From the IMG/VR virus record IMGVR_UViG_2931359275_000001: DNA of 64,000 nucleotides; one strand, given 5' to 3'. The translations under genes and the position numbers were made by a program. Positions 10,155 through 18,936 of the stretch are shown in pieces. How positions within the stretch are numbered: position 1 is the first letter of the stretch; each line of letters opens with the position of its first letter. This DNA is from a virus. Under the pieces are notes generated by a model. It searched no databases, was not told the DNA's origin, and saw only the letters and a program-made list of their open reading frames with translations.

Positions 10155-10217
10155 AAATCCATCTGAACGCAACTTTGTTCACGATAGCTGAATCTTAAAC
10201 AAGTGGGCGACATTCTG

Positions 10218-10700
10218 TCAAGCATCATTGGCACAAATAAATTCACGCTGCAAAGAAACCCGACCCAACACCCCACAACCAGCAGGCAATTTATAACCCT
10301 GCATCATTTCAATCCACGACCTACTGAAATGAATCACCGCCGCATCACGTCGCGATTTAAACGTTGACCACGGCGCACCCACCATCCGCGCCTTGTCGCG
10401 CAAATCACCATACGTCAAATACACCAGCTTCAACATCTCACGATGTTTAGGGTTAGCCAACCGCGCCAACAAGCCCCAAGCCGCATCCAACTCCTCACGC
10501 GTAAACACATAAGGCCGATCATCCGCCCCCGTTACCCGCACTTGATAGACCAAGCCACTGGGCAACATATCAGCACAAGCACCACCACCCGACACTTCAC
10601 CATACTTCGCCTGGGCATATCCCGCTGAGCGATCCATCTCAAGCTCTTTCAACCGAGCCAAAGCCTTTAACTGCGCATCAAATTTCATCAACAACATCAT
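10218..10700 (-). CDS. Putative late-gene regulator (Q-like position)
   Basis: GGAGG RBS before ATG 10700; C-terminal HTH-like segment; lies between origin and late operon. Confidence 0.5.
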   Translation of the reverse strand: MMLLMKFDAQLKALARLKELEMDRSAGYAQAKYGEVSGGGACADMLPSGLVYQVRVTGADDRPYVFTREELDAAWGLLARLANPKHREMLKLVYLTYGDLRDKARMVGAPWSTFKSRRDAAVIHFSRSWIEMMQGYKLPAGCGVLGRVSLQREFICANDA

Positions 10701-10835
10701 TATGCCTCCCGTCATACCCACCGGAAGCCACCACGCGGTGCAGTCATAGCCGCAACGCTTTGTATTTACAGATGATTTTAGCACGTCAAAAAGCCAAATC
10801 AACAATATAAAGCTGTTTAATCCCTTGGTAGTTAT

Positions 10836-11068
10836 GGTTGTTATTAGGTTGTTACGCCACAAGCCGCACAAATACTTAATCTAACAACCATAACAACCAT
10901 AACAACCTATTTTAAACATACAGAGAGACAAGATATAAATAGGTAGACGTAAAAAAACCCGCGTATATACGCGGGTGCGCGAAAAGGTTGTTATGGTTGT
11001 TAAAGCCAACAACCACGCGGCCTAGAGCATCACAACAACCGTTTTTCATAGGTTGTGATTAGGTTGTT
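10836..11068. repeat. Iteron array, putative replication origin of prophage 1
   Basis: Ten GGTTGTT/AACAACC heptamers in both orientations around the 20-bp palindrome ACCCGCGTATATACGCGGGT (10957-10976). Confidence 0.7.
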
Positions 11069-13484
11069 AGAAGTCATTCGGCACATCCACGCTGGGTATG
11101 GCTTGCGCTGGCGGCAGGTCAGTTACAGGCCTGCGGTAATACCGCTTGCCGTCTGACTTCTGCTTAGGGTCAGCCCACCCTAGCCGTTTTAAAATACCAG
11201 CCACGCGCATTTGATCCTGCCGAGTGTGTTTTTCAACCGGAATATTCAACGCCCTACGCATCAAATCACCATTAGTAATTTCATAAACCACACCAGTATG
11301 CCCGTCTGGATAGTTATTAGACGGAGCACGCCCATCGATGTAATCAAGAATATATTCAATCCAGTTATCCTCAATGTACCGCGCATCCTGCAAATCACGC
11401 GCAGCATCTTTAGGGAAATCCCACCACTTAAACCCTGCACGATACTTCGCAACCGCCTCAGCCCACATTTGCGAACGGTTGTGCATGATGCACTCCAAAT
11501 TCACAACATCACCACAGCGAACCGGCAAAAATCGACGGCCGCCAGTTGGATCACTTAAATACTGCCCAGCATTTGTTGTGCCGACAAAAACACATTGCCG
11601 TGGATGACTACTTGCACGTTTATCATACGGCGCACGAAATGTATCATCACGACGCGTCACCGCCATTTTTACTTGATTCAAATCGGCCTTACTAAAAGAA
11701 TTCATTTCACCGATTTCCACAATCCAACGTCCCTGCAGAGTGATATAAAAATCTTTACCGCTTGGGTTTTCACTCGACTCCAAATACCACTCAGAACCGC
11801 ACAATAAATTCACCGCAGTGGATTTACCCGCCCCTTGCCCACCTTCAAGCACCACCATTTCGTCTACTTTACAGCCCGGCTCAAAAATACGCGCCACCGC
11901 TGAAACTAACCAACCACACCCCACATACGCATTAAAATCACTTTGCTCAGCAGCAAACACATCAGCCAACCAAAATGGTAAGCGCTCAACCCCATCCCAC
12001 ACCAAATCAGATAAATAAGAACGAACCGGATGAAACCGATTGTCATAAGCCACAGTTTGCGCGGCCTCGTCAACGATCGAACTCGCCTTCAAAAACAAAC
12101 GGTGCTGCTGCTGCAGCCAAATTAGAGCCTTACTACTATCACTATCCGCCCACAATCCTGCCTCAGCACCCTGCCATGGCGGCGGCTTCAATTTATGCAC
12201 CGCACCACTAAATTCATTAAACGCCAGCACACCAACCCAAGCCGGATCGTTTTTCAATATTTCATACGCATTAGAAAAAACAGGCCGCAAACCCGTTTCA
12301 GACCAAAGCAGTGATTCACTCCAATCATCAGAAGCCACCCCCCCCTTAGACTGCGCTTGCGCTGGCTCAGGATTAATCTTTTGCCCTGCGCCAGCCGATT
12401 TAGGGGTAGAAATGCCATTTGCGATAAATGCACGACACTGATCAGCAGACCAACCATCCAACTCAATCGCATCAGCAATATCCCATCCACCCACATAAGT
12501 ACCAGGTACAGGAAGCTGCGCAACCATAACTTTTGTATTCGGTTCAATCGCACAAACCGCCGCTGCCACTTTCGCCATAGCGACACTACCAGGCTGCAAA
12601 GCCAGCTCAAGCAAAGGCTTACTCTCAGGATCGACATCAGCCTTTTTCTCTTCAGCAGACAATTTCACGCGCTGCGCATCGGCATCAGGCCACTGGATCA
12701 ACTCACGACCCGCCAAAGGAGAGAAATCAACCTTACCAACTCCGTTACATCCACCAGGCCACGACACCACAGCAAATTCAGACAAATGCAGCGCAGCCAC
12801 ATCACGGCATTTTTCCCCTTCCACCACCAATACGGGTGCATCAGGCTTAGCCGCCAAATCATTCAGACCATACAAAGGGCGCGGCTCTGGCCATTGCTTC
12901 CACTTCCACTCCAACGCCCCTGATGTTTTATGGCGCCACAACGTATGTGGTATATCCTCCTTACCGCCATCGCTAGTGCGAAATCGATAGATGTACCCCA
13001 GTACATTATTCTGAGCATCTTTATAACAACGCACCGCATCAGGCCGCCCGCGCTTGATATGCGCCACATGCGGCTCAGGTGCATCATCAGGCACAGGAAA
13101 AACATTCACCCACGGATCATCGTTTTCCCCCTTGACTGGGCTAGCGCTTGGCGCGGGGCTAATCCCATCCTGCGCAAAAGGCACACCCAAACGAGAATGA
13201 AGTTCACGCGCACCATCTAATGGCGAGCAACCATTCAAATAGCAATACAAGCTAATCAAATCAGCACCACCATCATTGGTCGCAAAATCTTTCCAAACGC
13301 CCTTGTTAATCGAAATCGAAAATGAGCCTGCATTTGAATCTTTACGCATCGGATTCGGGCAAACCCATTCACCATTCACGCGGCGGCCAAGCGGCAACCA
13401 TTCCGCAAGTAATCGCTCAGCCGCATCCAAAGTAGCTCTGGATACAGCCTTAAAATCAACCTTTTCAAATTCACGATTACCCAC
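11067..13484 (-). CDS. Primase (Toprim)-VapE/SF3 helicase fusion replication protein
   Basis: VVEGEKC and WPDAD Toprim motifs; LEGGQGAGKST Walker A, EIGEM Walker B, RAPYDK..HPRQCVFVGTTN; GTG start at 13484 with GGAGA RBS. Confidence 0.88.
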   Translation of the reverse strand: MGNREFEKVDFKAVSRATLDAAERLLAEWLPLGRRVNGEWVCPNPMRKDSNAGSFSISINKGVWKDFATNDGGADLISLYCYLNGCSPLDGARELHSRLGVPFAQDGISPAPSASPVKGENDDPWVNVFPVPDDAPEPHVAHIKRGRPDAVRCYKDAQNNVLGYIYRFRTSDGGKEDIPHTLWRHKTSGALEWKWKQWPEPRPLYGLNDLAAKPDAPVLVVEGEKCRDVAALHLSEFAVVSWPGGCNGVGKVDFSPLAGRELIQWPDADAQRVKLSAEEKKADVDPESKPLLELALQPGSVAMAKVAAAVCAIEPNTKVMVAQLPVPGTYVGGWDIADAIELDGWSADQCRAFIANGISTPKSAGAGQKINPEPAQAQSKGGVASDDWSESLLWSETGLRPVFSNAYEILKNDPAWVGVLAFNEFSGAVHKLKPPPWQGAEAGLWADSDSSKALIWLQQQHRLFLKASSIVDEAAQTVAYDNRFHPVRSYLSDLVWDGVERLPFWLADVFAAEQSDFNAYVGCGWLVSAVARIFEPGCKVDEMVVLEGGQGAGKSTAVNLLCGSEWYLESSENPSGKDFYITLQGRWIVEIGEMNSFSKADLNQVKMAVTRRDDTFRAPYDKRASSHPRQCVFVGTTNAGQYLSDPTGGRRFLPVRCGDVVNLECIMHNRSQMWAEAVAKYRAGFKWWDFPKDAARDLQDARYIEDNWIEYILDYIDGRAPSNNYPDGHTGVVYEITNGDLMRRALNIPVEKHTRQDQMRVAGILKRLGWADPKQKSDGKRYYRRPVTDLPPAQAIPSVDVPNDF

Positions 13485-13668
13485 AGCCTTTCTCCCAATG
13501 CTCACGGCAAATTGCTGCCGCCGCCTTGGCCGTCGTTTGATTAAACGCCAGCCACTCACCCCGTGGATGCCACGCCGCATACATCGGCACACCATCATCG
13601 ATATGCTTTACCAGTCGATACCCCTCAAGGCTCTCTGCGTAAAACAGGCCTTTCTGCTCAAACTTCAC
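13477..13668 (-). CDS. Hypothetical phage protein
   Basis: 63 aa, overlaps both neighbours in the operon. Confidence 0.6.
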   Translation of the reverse strand: MKFEQKGLFYAESLEGYRLVKHIDDGVPMYAAWHPRGEWLAFNQTTAKAAAAICREHWEKGCG

Positions 13669-13835
13669 TTCTTACCCTGCATCACTTTGGCCAACGAGCG
13701 TTTACGCTTGCGGCGCAATCGAAGCATCAGCGCCACATCGATCTCAGGCTTAACCGCATCAATCGCCGCTTGCCGCTTAGCGCGCTCTAAATTGATATGA
13801 GCCTGCTCAAACGTAGGGTCGCGATAAGCGCTCAT
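13665..13835 (-). CDS. Hypothetical basic phage protein
   Basis: MSAYRDPTFEQAH..., ATGA overlap with next gene. Confidence 0.55.
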   Translation of the reverse strand: MSAYRDPTFEQAHINLERAKRQAAIDAVKPEIDVALMLRLRRKRKRSLAKVMQGKK

Positions 13836-13992
13836 TTCAACAATTCCATCAGCAACAACACCACTTGATGTGCGGCCTGCTTCTTTTCTGCCGGCCTCGC
13901 TTTGCGCACCGCCCAAGCTTTTTTCCGTAAATACAGCAAACCAAAACTCAAATTTGGATCAACCCGACGATTCACGCAGACTGATCGGGCTT

Positions 13993-14469
13993 TCATTTTG
14001 CCGCGCCCAACACCGCAGCCTTAATCCCCTGCAGCATCTTGATTTGCTCATCAATCCCAGCACCGACCGCGACAGCCTCATGCTTTTCTACTTTCAAATC
14101 AGCAAACGTTTCTGCCAACAACGATCCGGTCACCGCCGCCGACCCCATATGGCCGCGTAAAACATTCATCGCCAACTCAGCTGGTGAACCTGAAAACGAC
14201 ACCACTAAATTTTTACCTGGCAACACCACGCAACCGCACAAATCCGCCAACGACTGCACCAAGGCCACGTCTTTTCGTTCGGCAATCATGTGAATCAACT
14301 GCAACGCAGTAAATTGATAGGTTGGCAAATTAGGATTAGCCGCATTCATCATCATGCTTTCCGAGCGATCAAAAACCTCACTCGCTGTACGAAAACCAAA
14401 GCATTTCGCTAGCTTTTGAATCGCCAAAACTTGCGACCGATATCGATCAGAAAGCGTGGTGTTATCCAT
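13993..14469 (-). CDS. CII-like phage regulatory protein
   Basis: Directly after cro; ANPN...FTALQL pattern of the CP76/YmfL family. Confidence 0.65.
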   Translation of the reverse strand: MDNTTLSDRYRSQVLAIQKLAKCFGFRTASEVFDRSESMMMNAANPNLPTYQFTALQLIHMIAERKDVALVQSLADLCGCVVLPGKNLVVSFSGSPAELAMNVLRGHMGSAAVTGSLLAETFADLKVEKHEAVAVGAGIDEQIKMLQGIKAAVLGAAK

Positions 14470-14579
14470 GACTAGAACTCCGTTAATTAATCTCTAGTTG
14501 CGAACTAAAAAACCCAACTAAGATTTGCTTTGTAAAAAACACCTGTGGTCAGACAGGTGAAGAGCGGCGTGTGGGAGCG

Positions 14580-14816
14580 CTACTCGGTGGAAATCTTAGT
14601 GCCGCGCAAGTAAGCCCAATTTGCATCAGGGCGTAAAAATTCACAGCGGACGCGCTTATCAGTTTGTTTTTCAATTTCAGGGCAGAATTCAGCAGGCACA
14701 TTGCCGCGCTTTCGCCACGCAGATACACGAGCAGGAGAAGCACCGATGCGCCTCGCTAATTCATTGACGCCACCCAGCAACTCAATGGCTTTATCTAGTG
14801 CAGTTATTTTGTCCAT
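14580..14816 (-). CDS. cro: Cro-like (YdaS family) regulator
   Basis: ALDKAIELLGGVNELARRIG...VPAEFCPEIE...LRPD motif, divergent from repressor. Confidence 0.9.
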   Translation of the reverse strand: MDKITALDKAIELLGGVNELARRIGASPARVSAWRKRGNVPAEFCPEIEKQTDKRVRCEFLRPDANWAYLRGTKISTE

Positions 14817-14822
14817 GCGGCA

Positions 14823-14889
14823 ATTATCAACAATCGTTGATTTAAAGTCAACAAGAGTTGTTGCAAAGGGTCAACATTTGTTGACTAAT
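14823..14889. promoter_or_regulatory. OR/PR of prophage 1: three operators and a lambda-like PR
   Basis: TCAAC-N4-GTTG(A/T) at 14827, 14848 and 14871; minus-strand TTGACT-17-GATAAT lying 6 nt before the cro ATG (leaderless). Confidence 0.8.
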
Positions 14890-14895
14890 AGCACT

Positions 14896-15414
14896 ATGAA
14901 CATGGGAAAACGTATCGCCTTACGCCTTACTGAACTCAACTGGGATCAAGTTGAGCTATGTAATCGCGTCGAAGGTTTAGAACCGCAAGCCTTATCTGCC
15001 GTGATAAAGCGAGATAGCGGCCGCAGTAAATTTGCAGCAGGTATTGCCCAAGCGATGGGCGTAGACCTGAATTGGCTAATGACTGGTGAAGGGAAAAAAG
15101 AAACAACAGGGCAAACGACCAACAATTACCCGCGTGAAATTGAAGTGATCGTCTCTGCTGCCATGCATGCCTACAATTCAGGCGCACTATCAACCGAAAT
15201 GGCAGAGGCTCATGCTGGATTATTTCGAGCGCTCGTCTCTTCAAGCACGTCACGCAAGGTCAGCACAACCAGCAACGACATCAGCGCCGCCACCCTGATG
15301 CAAATCGCAACGGCCACAGATCAAAAGACGGAATCGGACAAACTGTATATAGATAACTCGCCAAAGCGCGCCAAAGCCGAGGCCGCAGCGTCAGAGCACA
15401 AGAAAAAAGCCTGA
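14896..15414 (+). CDS. cI: CI-like repressor, HTH with no S24 peptidase domain
   Basis: XRE HTH ending GVDLNWLMTGEG, divergent from cro; C-terminus has no LexA-type motifs. Confidence 0.8.
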   Translation: MNMGKRIALRLTELNWDQVELCNRVEGLEPQALSAVIKRDSGRSKFAAGIAQAMGVDLNWLMTGEGKKETTGQTTNNYPREIEVIVSAAMHAYNSGALSTEMAEAHAGLFRALVSSSTSRKVSTTSNDISAATLMQIATATDQKTESDKLYIDNSPKRAKAEAAASEHKKKA

Positions 15415-15435
15415 TTTTTTTGACCGATTAGATCA

Positions 15436-15843
15436 ATGACATCGCCAGCTCGTGTCGTACATCATGCCGGCATGACAGGAAACGACATCCGATTGCTACA
15501 CATTCGCCGATTAATTGCACGCTATGAGACAGCAGGCGAGTTCAGTATTGCAGTTGGGATCCCGCAAGAAACCCTCTCACGCTGCATCGGAAAAACACCG
15601 TCTCGCCCCATTAGCGACGACATCTGCGACAGAATTGAAGCGGCGTTAAAATTACCATCTGGCCGTTTGTCTGATTTTTTCGCTCTTTTTGACGTTGAGC
15701 GTCAAATATCCCCCTCTGACGTTGCAAAGCTTACAGCCGCACAAGGTAAGCTTGTCACAACTTTGATACATTCACCGCCTCCTGACGAAGCCGCGGTTTT
15801 GCTTACCCAATTAGTCGCGCAGTTTCGATTAGGAAGCCGATGA
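15436..15843 (+). CDS. Second repressor-like HTH protein
   Basis: DIRLLHIRRLI...RPISDDICDRIEAALKLPSGRL pattern of phage XRE HTH domains. Confidence 0.7.
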   Translation: MTSPARVVHHAGMTGNDIRLLHIRRLIARYETAGEFSIAVGIPQETLSRCIGKTPSRPISDDICDRIEAALKLPSGRLSDFFALFDVERQISPSDVAKLTAAQGKLVTTLIHSPPPDEAAVLLTQLVAQFRLGSR

Positions 15844-15862
15844 ATATGATCAAGGTTTTTCC

Positions 15863-16618
15863 GTGTTTGTTTTACGCCCAGAGCACTTTGCCGGTTGTAT
15901 CGGCCCACTAAGCAACGGCTTTGCCGTTGCTAAAATAATCGACCCGTTTTGCCACGACATTGAACACGAAGTGCATATTAAAGTTGCACCGGTCAGTAGT
16001 CGCGCCCATATCCACTGTTGGCTGCGTTGGCTACTGGCTGGCGGATTAGGTATTCCCCAGCCCGGTGAAGCATGGTTCATGGTCATCGACGCCGATGACG
16101 CCGCCACGTTACATCCAGACAAAACATGGATTACTGGCAAACTTTATGTCGCCATAGCATTTAGTGCGCCAAGCGGCGGTGAAGCCCCGCCCGTTCGCTA
16201 CGATGACATTCCAATCTCACAGCTTGACGATATAAAACGCTGGCCAGCGATTTACGATCTAATTGCCCTCGATCTATGGGGTGCACGCAGCGCATCACAG
16301 TATGCCAACTGGTGGGAATTAAGCCGAGGCCAATACCTGCACTTCGACGGTAGCGATTGGCTTGGTGGTGAATATTGCACGGACTATCATTCGCTACTCT
16401 GTAAGCATCAGTCACTCGCAGAGCTAATCGTCACTGATGACATCACTCGAGCTCGCGTCCAGCGCGCAGCTAAACGCCATCGTCTCGCCCTCTCGTCGGC
16501 CAGTCCAGAGATTATCAAGTGGGTGACGCTAGTTGTTAATGAAGATGTAGGACATGACATCTACGATACATTGCAAAGCCGAATCAACTTAAGAGGCACT
16601 GCGTATGCCTTCAATTAA
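15863..16618 (+). CDS. HipA-like (HipA_2-type) kinase-fold protein, predicted catalytically dead
   Basis: HIK40, LLAGGLGIPQP, ALDLWGARSASQYAN, LHFD162; catalytic Asp position is Ala144 and alphaC Glu position is Cys52. Confidence 0.65.
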   Translation: MFVLRPEHFAGCIGPLSNGFAVAKIIDPFCHDIEHEVHIKVAPVSSRAHIHCWLRWLLAGGLGIPQPGEAWFMVIDADDAATLHPDKTWITGKLYVAIAFSAPSGGEAPPVRYDDIPISQLDDIKRWPAIYDLIALDLWGARSASQYANWWELSRGQYLHFDGSDWLGGEYCTDYHSLLCKHQSLAELIVTDDITRARVQRAAKRHRLALSSASPEIIKWVTLVVNEDVGHDIYDTLQSRINLRGTAYAFN

Positions 16619-17420
16619 TGACGATGCGATCAACAGACTGCTAGCCGAGTCATATCGCACGGTACCGCAGTTGCCGCAGCAAATCACAGCGATGCAGGCC
16701 GTCGTCAATTTATGCGGTGCTGGCGTTGGATCAGAAATGGGCGCCATCGGCGCAATTTTACAATTCGATGATTCGCACCATCGCAAAACACAAATGATGC
16801 TTGTGCCCACCGAGCGCATTATTGCCAATTTGGCACCCAATTTTAGCGAGCAAACATTAGTTCTGTGGTCGCGTGCTTTAAATGAACTGCATCTACGCTA
16901 CGACAATTCACAGATGAGTATGAATGACGGATTGCCCTGCTCGCCAACGCCCGATCTCATTCAATTCCATTGGCTAGGCCAAGCAAAGGGATTTAAACCC
17001 AGCCAGATGCTAGAAAGCTGGTTCAATACTCGTTGCGGATTTCACTTGCTAGCCAGCAAAACCAAAGCCAAGGGCGGCGACGGCAACAACCCAGCGCTAC
17101 CGACCTCGCAGTTAATCCAAGTTTTGCGCAAACGGCTCAGCGGCATGGAGTTGATCGAAAATAATGAGCACTGGCACTTGTGGCGCGGCAATGGCCGCTC
17201 TGTTGCGCTTTTGCACGTAAACCCGCATGAGTGCAGCAAAGAACAAATCAGCAACGCCGCAGGCATACTTTGCCAAATTGCCCCCGACGATAACAAAACG
17301 ATCTGTGTGGTATGCGATGATGCCGAAACCATTAAAGCCGCAGACCGATTCATCGAGCAGCTAAAGATAATGGCTGTTGAATTAGAAGCATCCGACAATC
17401 CCGCCGACTTAATGCTGTAA
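16605..17420 (+). CDS. Partner of HipA-like protein (DUF3037-like N-terminal region)
   Basis: Overlaps kinase gene; PQLP...VVNL...GSEMGAIGAIL pattern resembles partners of HipA_2 kinases. Confidence 0.5.
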   Translation: MPSINDDAINRLLAESYRTVPQLPQQITAMQAVVNLCGAGVGSEMGAIGAILQFDDSHHRKTQMMLVPTERIIANLAPNFSEQTLVLWSRALNELHLRYDNSQMSMNDGLPCSPTPDLIQFHWLGQAKGFKPSQMLESWFNTRCGFHLLASKTKAKGGDGNNPALPTSQLIQVLRKRLSGMELIENNEHWHLWRGNGRSVALLHVNPHECSKEQISNAAGILCQIAPDDNKTICVVCDDAETIKAADRFIEQLKIMAVELEASDNPADLML

Positions 17421-17511
17421 GCTCGCAAGCATTACACATCAACAGATGCTCAAATCAAAAAAACAAACAATAAATCCATAGTGGCAAAACTGGCGAAAAC
17501 CCGTGATCTGA

Positions 17512-17570
17512 TTTACAAAATTACTTTATGTATGTATACATCAAGCAACGTGCTCAATACATACAATAAA
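17512..17570 (+). promoter_or_regulatory. Putative sigma70 promoter with overlapping imperfect inverted repeat
   Basis: TTTACA-17-TATACA (17512-17540); TTTATGTATGTAT...ATACATACAATAAA. Confidence 0.45.
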
Positions 17571-17603
17571 CGCAAGCCGTAATCGCAAGAAGATGCCTAT
17601 TAT

Positions 17604-18416
17604 TTGGCACCACCCACACCAGTAAAAAAATATATGAAGCCAAACAAGCAGCCCGTCACAAATTCACTTTTGGATCAAATTGACGCTTTATTTTCCAATG
17701 GACAACGCCTCTCATCTAGCGACATTCGCGTGCCCAGAGCAAGGGCCGAAATCAAAAAACTAACTCAGTCATCCGATATGAGGCTGCGAGCAGATGGCTA
17801 CATGCTTGAAACAGGGTTGAATTTGTTAATCGGCAACGACGTCCTAGCTAAAGAACTAGCGCATAAAGCGCTAACAGCATCTTTCCATTCAAAAACAATT
17901 GCAATCCAGTTGGCGCAATTTTTTTGTAAAGCTGCTATGTTTGAAGACGCACTAGATATAACCAACGAGTACTTGCATACAGCTGATCCAGAATACTTAT
18001 CTTGGCAAGCACAACTTAGCCACGTACTGCTCCTAACAAACACAGCCCAAAAGGTAGTGGAGATGAATAGAAAATTAGGGAGCCCGGACATGCCAAAAGA
18101 ATTTGCGGAGTTGCTAGGAAAAATTACGCGCACAATTGAAGATTGGAATTTAAATCCTGAACAAATGCAGCAAATGGTCGCATTGGCTTTTAGCATTGCT
18201 AAGCAAGACAATAAACTGCTCAATACTACGCCAGCGCTGCAGCTAGATAAAAATCAAGACCTACTTTGGTACCACATACCGGTGCAAGCATCACCAGCAG
18301 CAACCAGAAAATTAAACAATCAATTCATTGATTCGCTTTTCGAAACGATGCCAGATGCTCCAATAGAAAACTTTCATGTTTCATTCGTAACGGAAGACAA
18401 ACATGGACCACAATAA
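17604..18416 (+). CDS. Hypothetical protein, helical TPR-like N-terminus and small alpha/beta C-terminal domain (start may be ATG 17634)
   Basis: 270 aa ORF with amphipathic helical hairpins; overlaps HEPN gene. Confidence 0.65.
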   Translation: MAPPTPVKKYMKPNKQPVTNSLLDQIDALFSNGQRLSSSDIRVPRARAEIKKLTQSSDMRLRADGYMLETGLNLLIGNDVLAKELAHKALTASFHSKTIAIQLAQFFCKAAMFEDALDITNEYLHTADPEYLSWQAQLSHVLLLTNTAQKVVEMNRKLGSPDMPKEFAELLGKITRTIEDWNLNPEQMQQMVALAFSIAKQDNKLLNTTPALQLDKNQDLLWYHIPVQASPAATRKLNNQFIDSLFETMPDAPIENFHVSFVTEDKHGPQ

Positions 18417-18819
18417 CCTCATTGCGTGGGCAGAGACAGCTCTTCAAAATATAGTAAATAACCCCGTTCAAGGTGATTTAGCAGAGTCAACATACAGAGC
18501 AGTGGGTAGTCGCGCTTATTATGCAATATTCCATGCAAGTCAAAGCCTATGCAATCGACTATTGTTACCACCATCTGCAAAAGATGATTCAATCAAAGGC
18601 TCACATGAAAAGCTCTATCAACGCATGATTGAGTGCACCAGCACTCGGCATACGTCTCACGTAACAATAAGAAAATTGGCTTATCGTGCACGGGGCGATC
18701 AAAAAATGACAAGAGTCCACGCTGACTATAATTTCACTGACGAATTTACATTAGCACAAGCTAGCGACATCCTAAATGAAGCAAAAACAATGATTGCAGA
18801 AGCTGACAAGATTACCTAA
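18403..18819 (+). CDS. HEPN domain protein (UPF0332-like)
   Basis: SRAYYAIFHA, GSHEKL and RVHADY motifs. Confidence 0.85.
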   Translation: MDHNNLIAWAETALQNIVNNPVQGDLAESTYRAVGSRAYYAIFHASQSLCNRLLLPPSAKDDSIKGSHEKLYQRMIECTSTRHTSHVTIRKLAYRARGDQKMTRVHADYNFTDEFTLAQASDILNEAKTMIAEADKIT

Positions 18820-18837
18820 ATACCAAAAGCAATACCC

Positions 18838-18861
18838 AACCCGCCTCGGCGGGTTTTCTTT
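18838..18861 (+). terminator. Intrinsic terminator
   Basis: AACCCGCC/GGCGGGTT stem followed by TTCTTT. Confidence 0.75.
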
Positions 18862-18936
18862 TGCATGCCATTCCTGTAAATTTCAAGACACTTACCAATT
18901 AATTTACCTAAACCAAAAAACAAAGAGAAAACACTT

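Noticed and set aside
10836-11068. Short repeats as a CRISPR array
   Set aside because: 7-bp units in both orientations with irregular spacing and no cas genes; fits iterons
281-14293. Many plus-strand ORFs across prophage 1 late and replication genes
   Set aside because: Antisense shadows of well-supported minus-strand genes, no motifs
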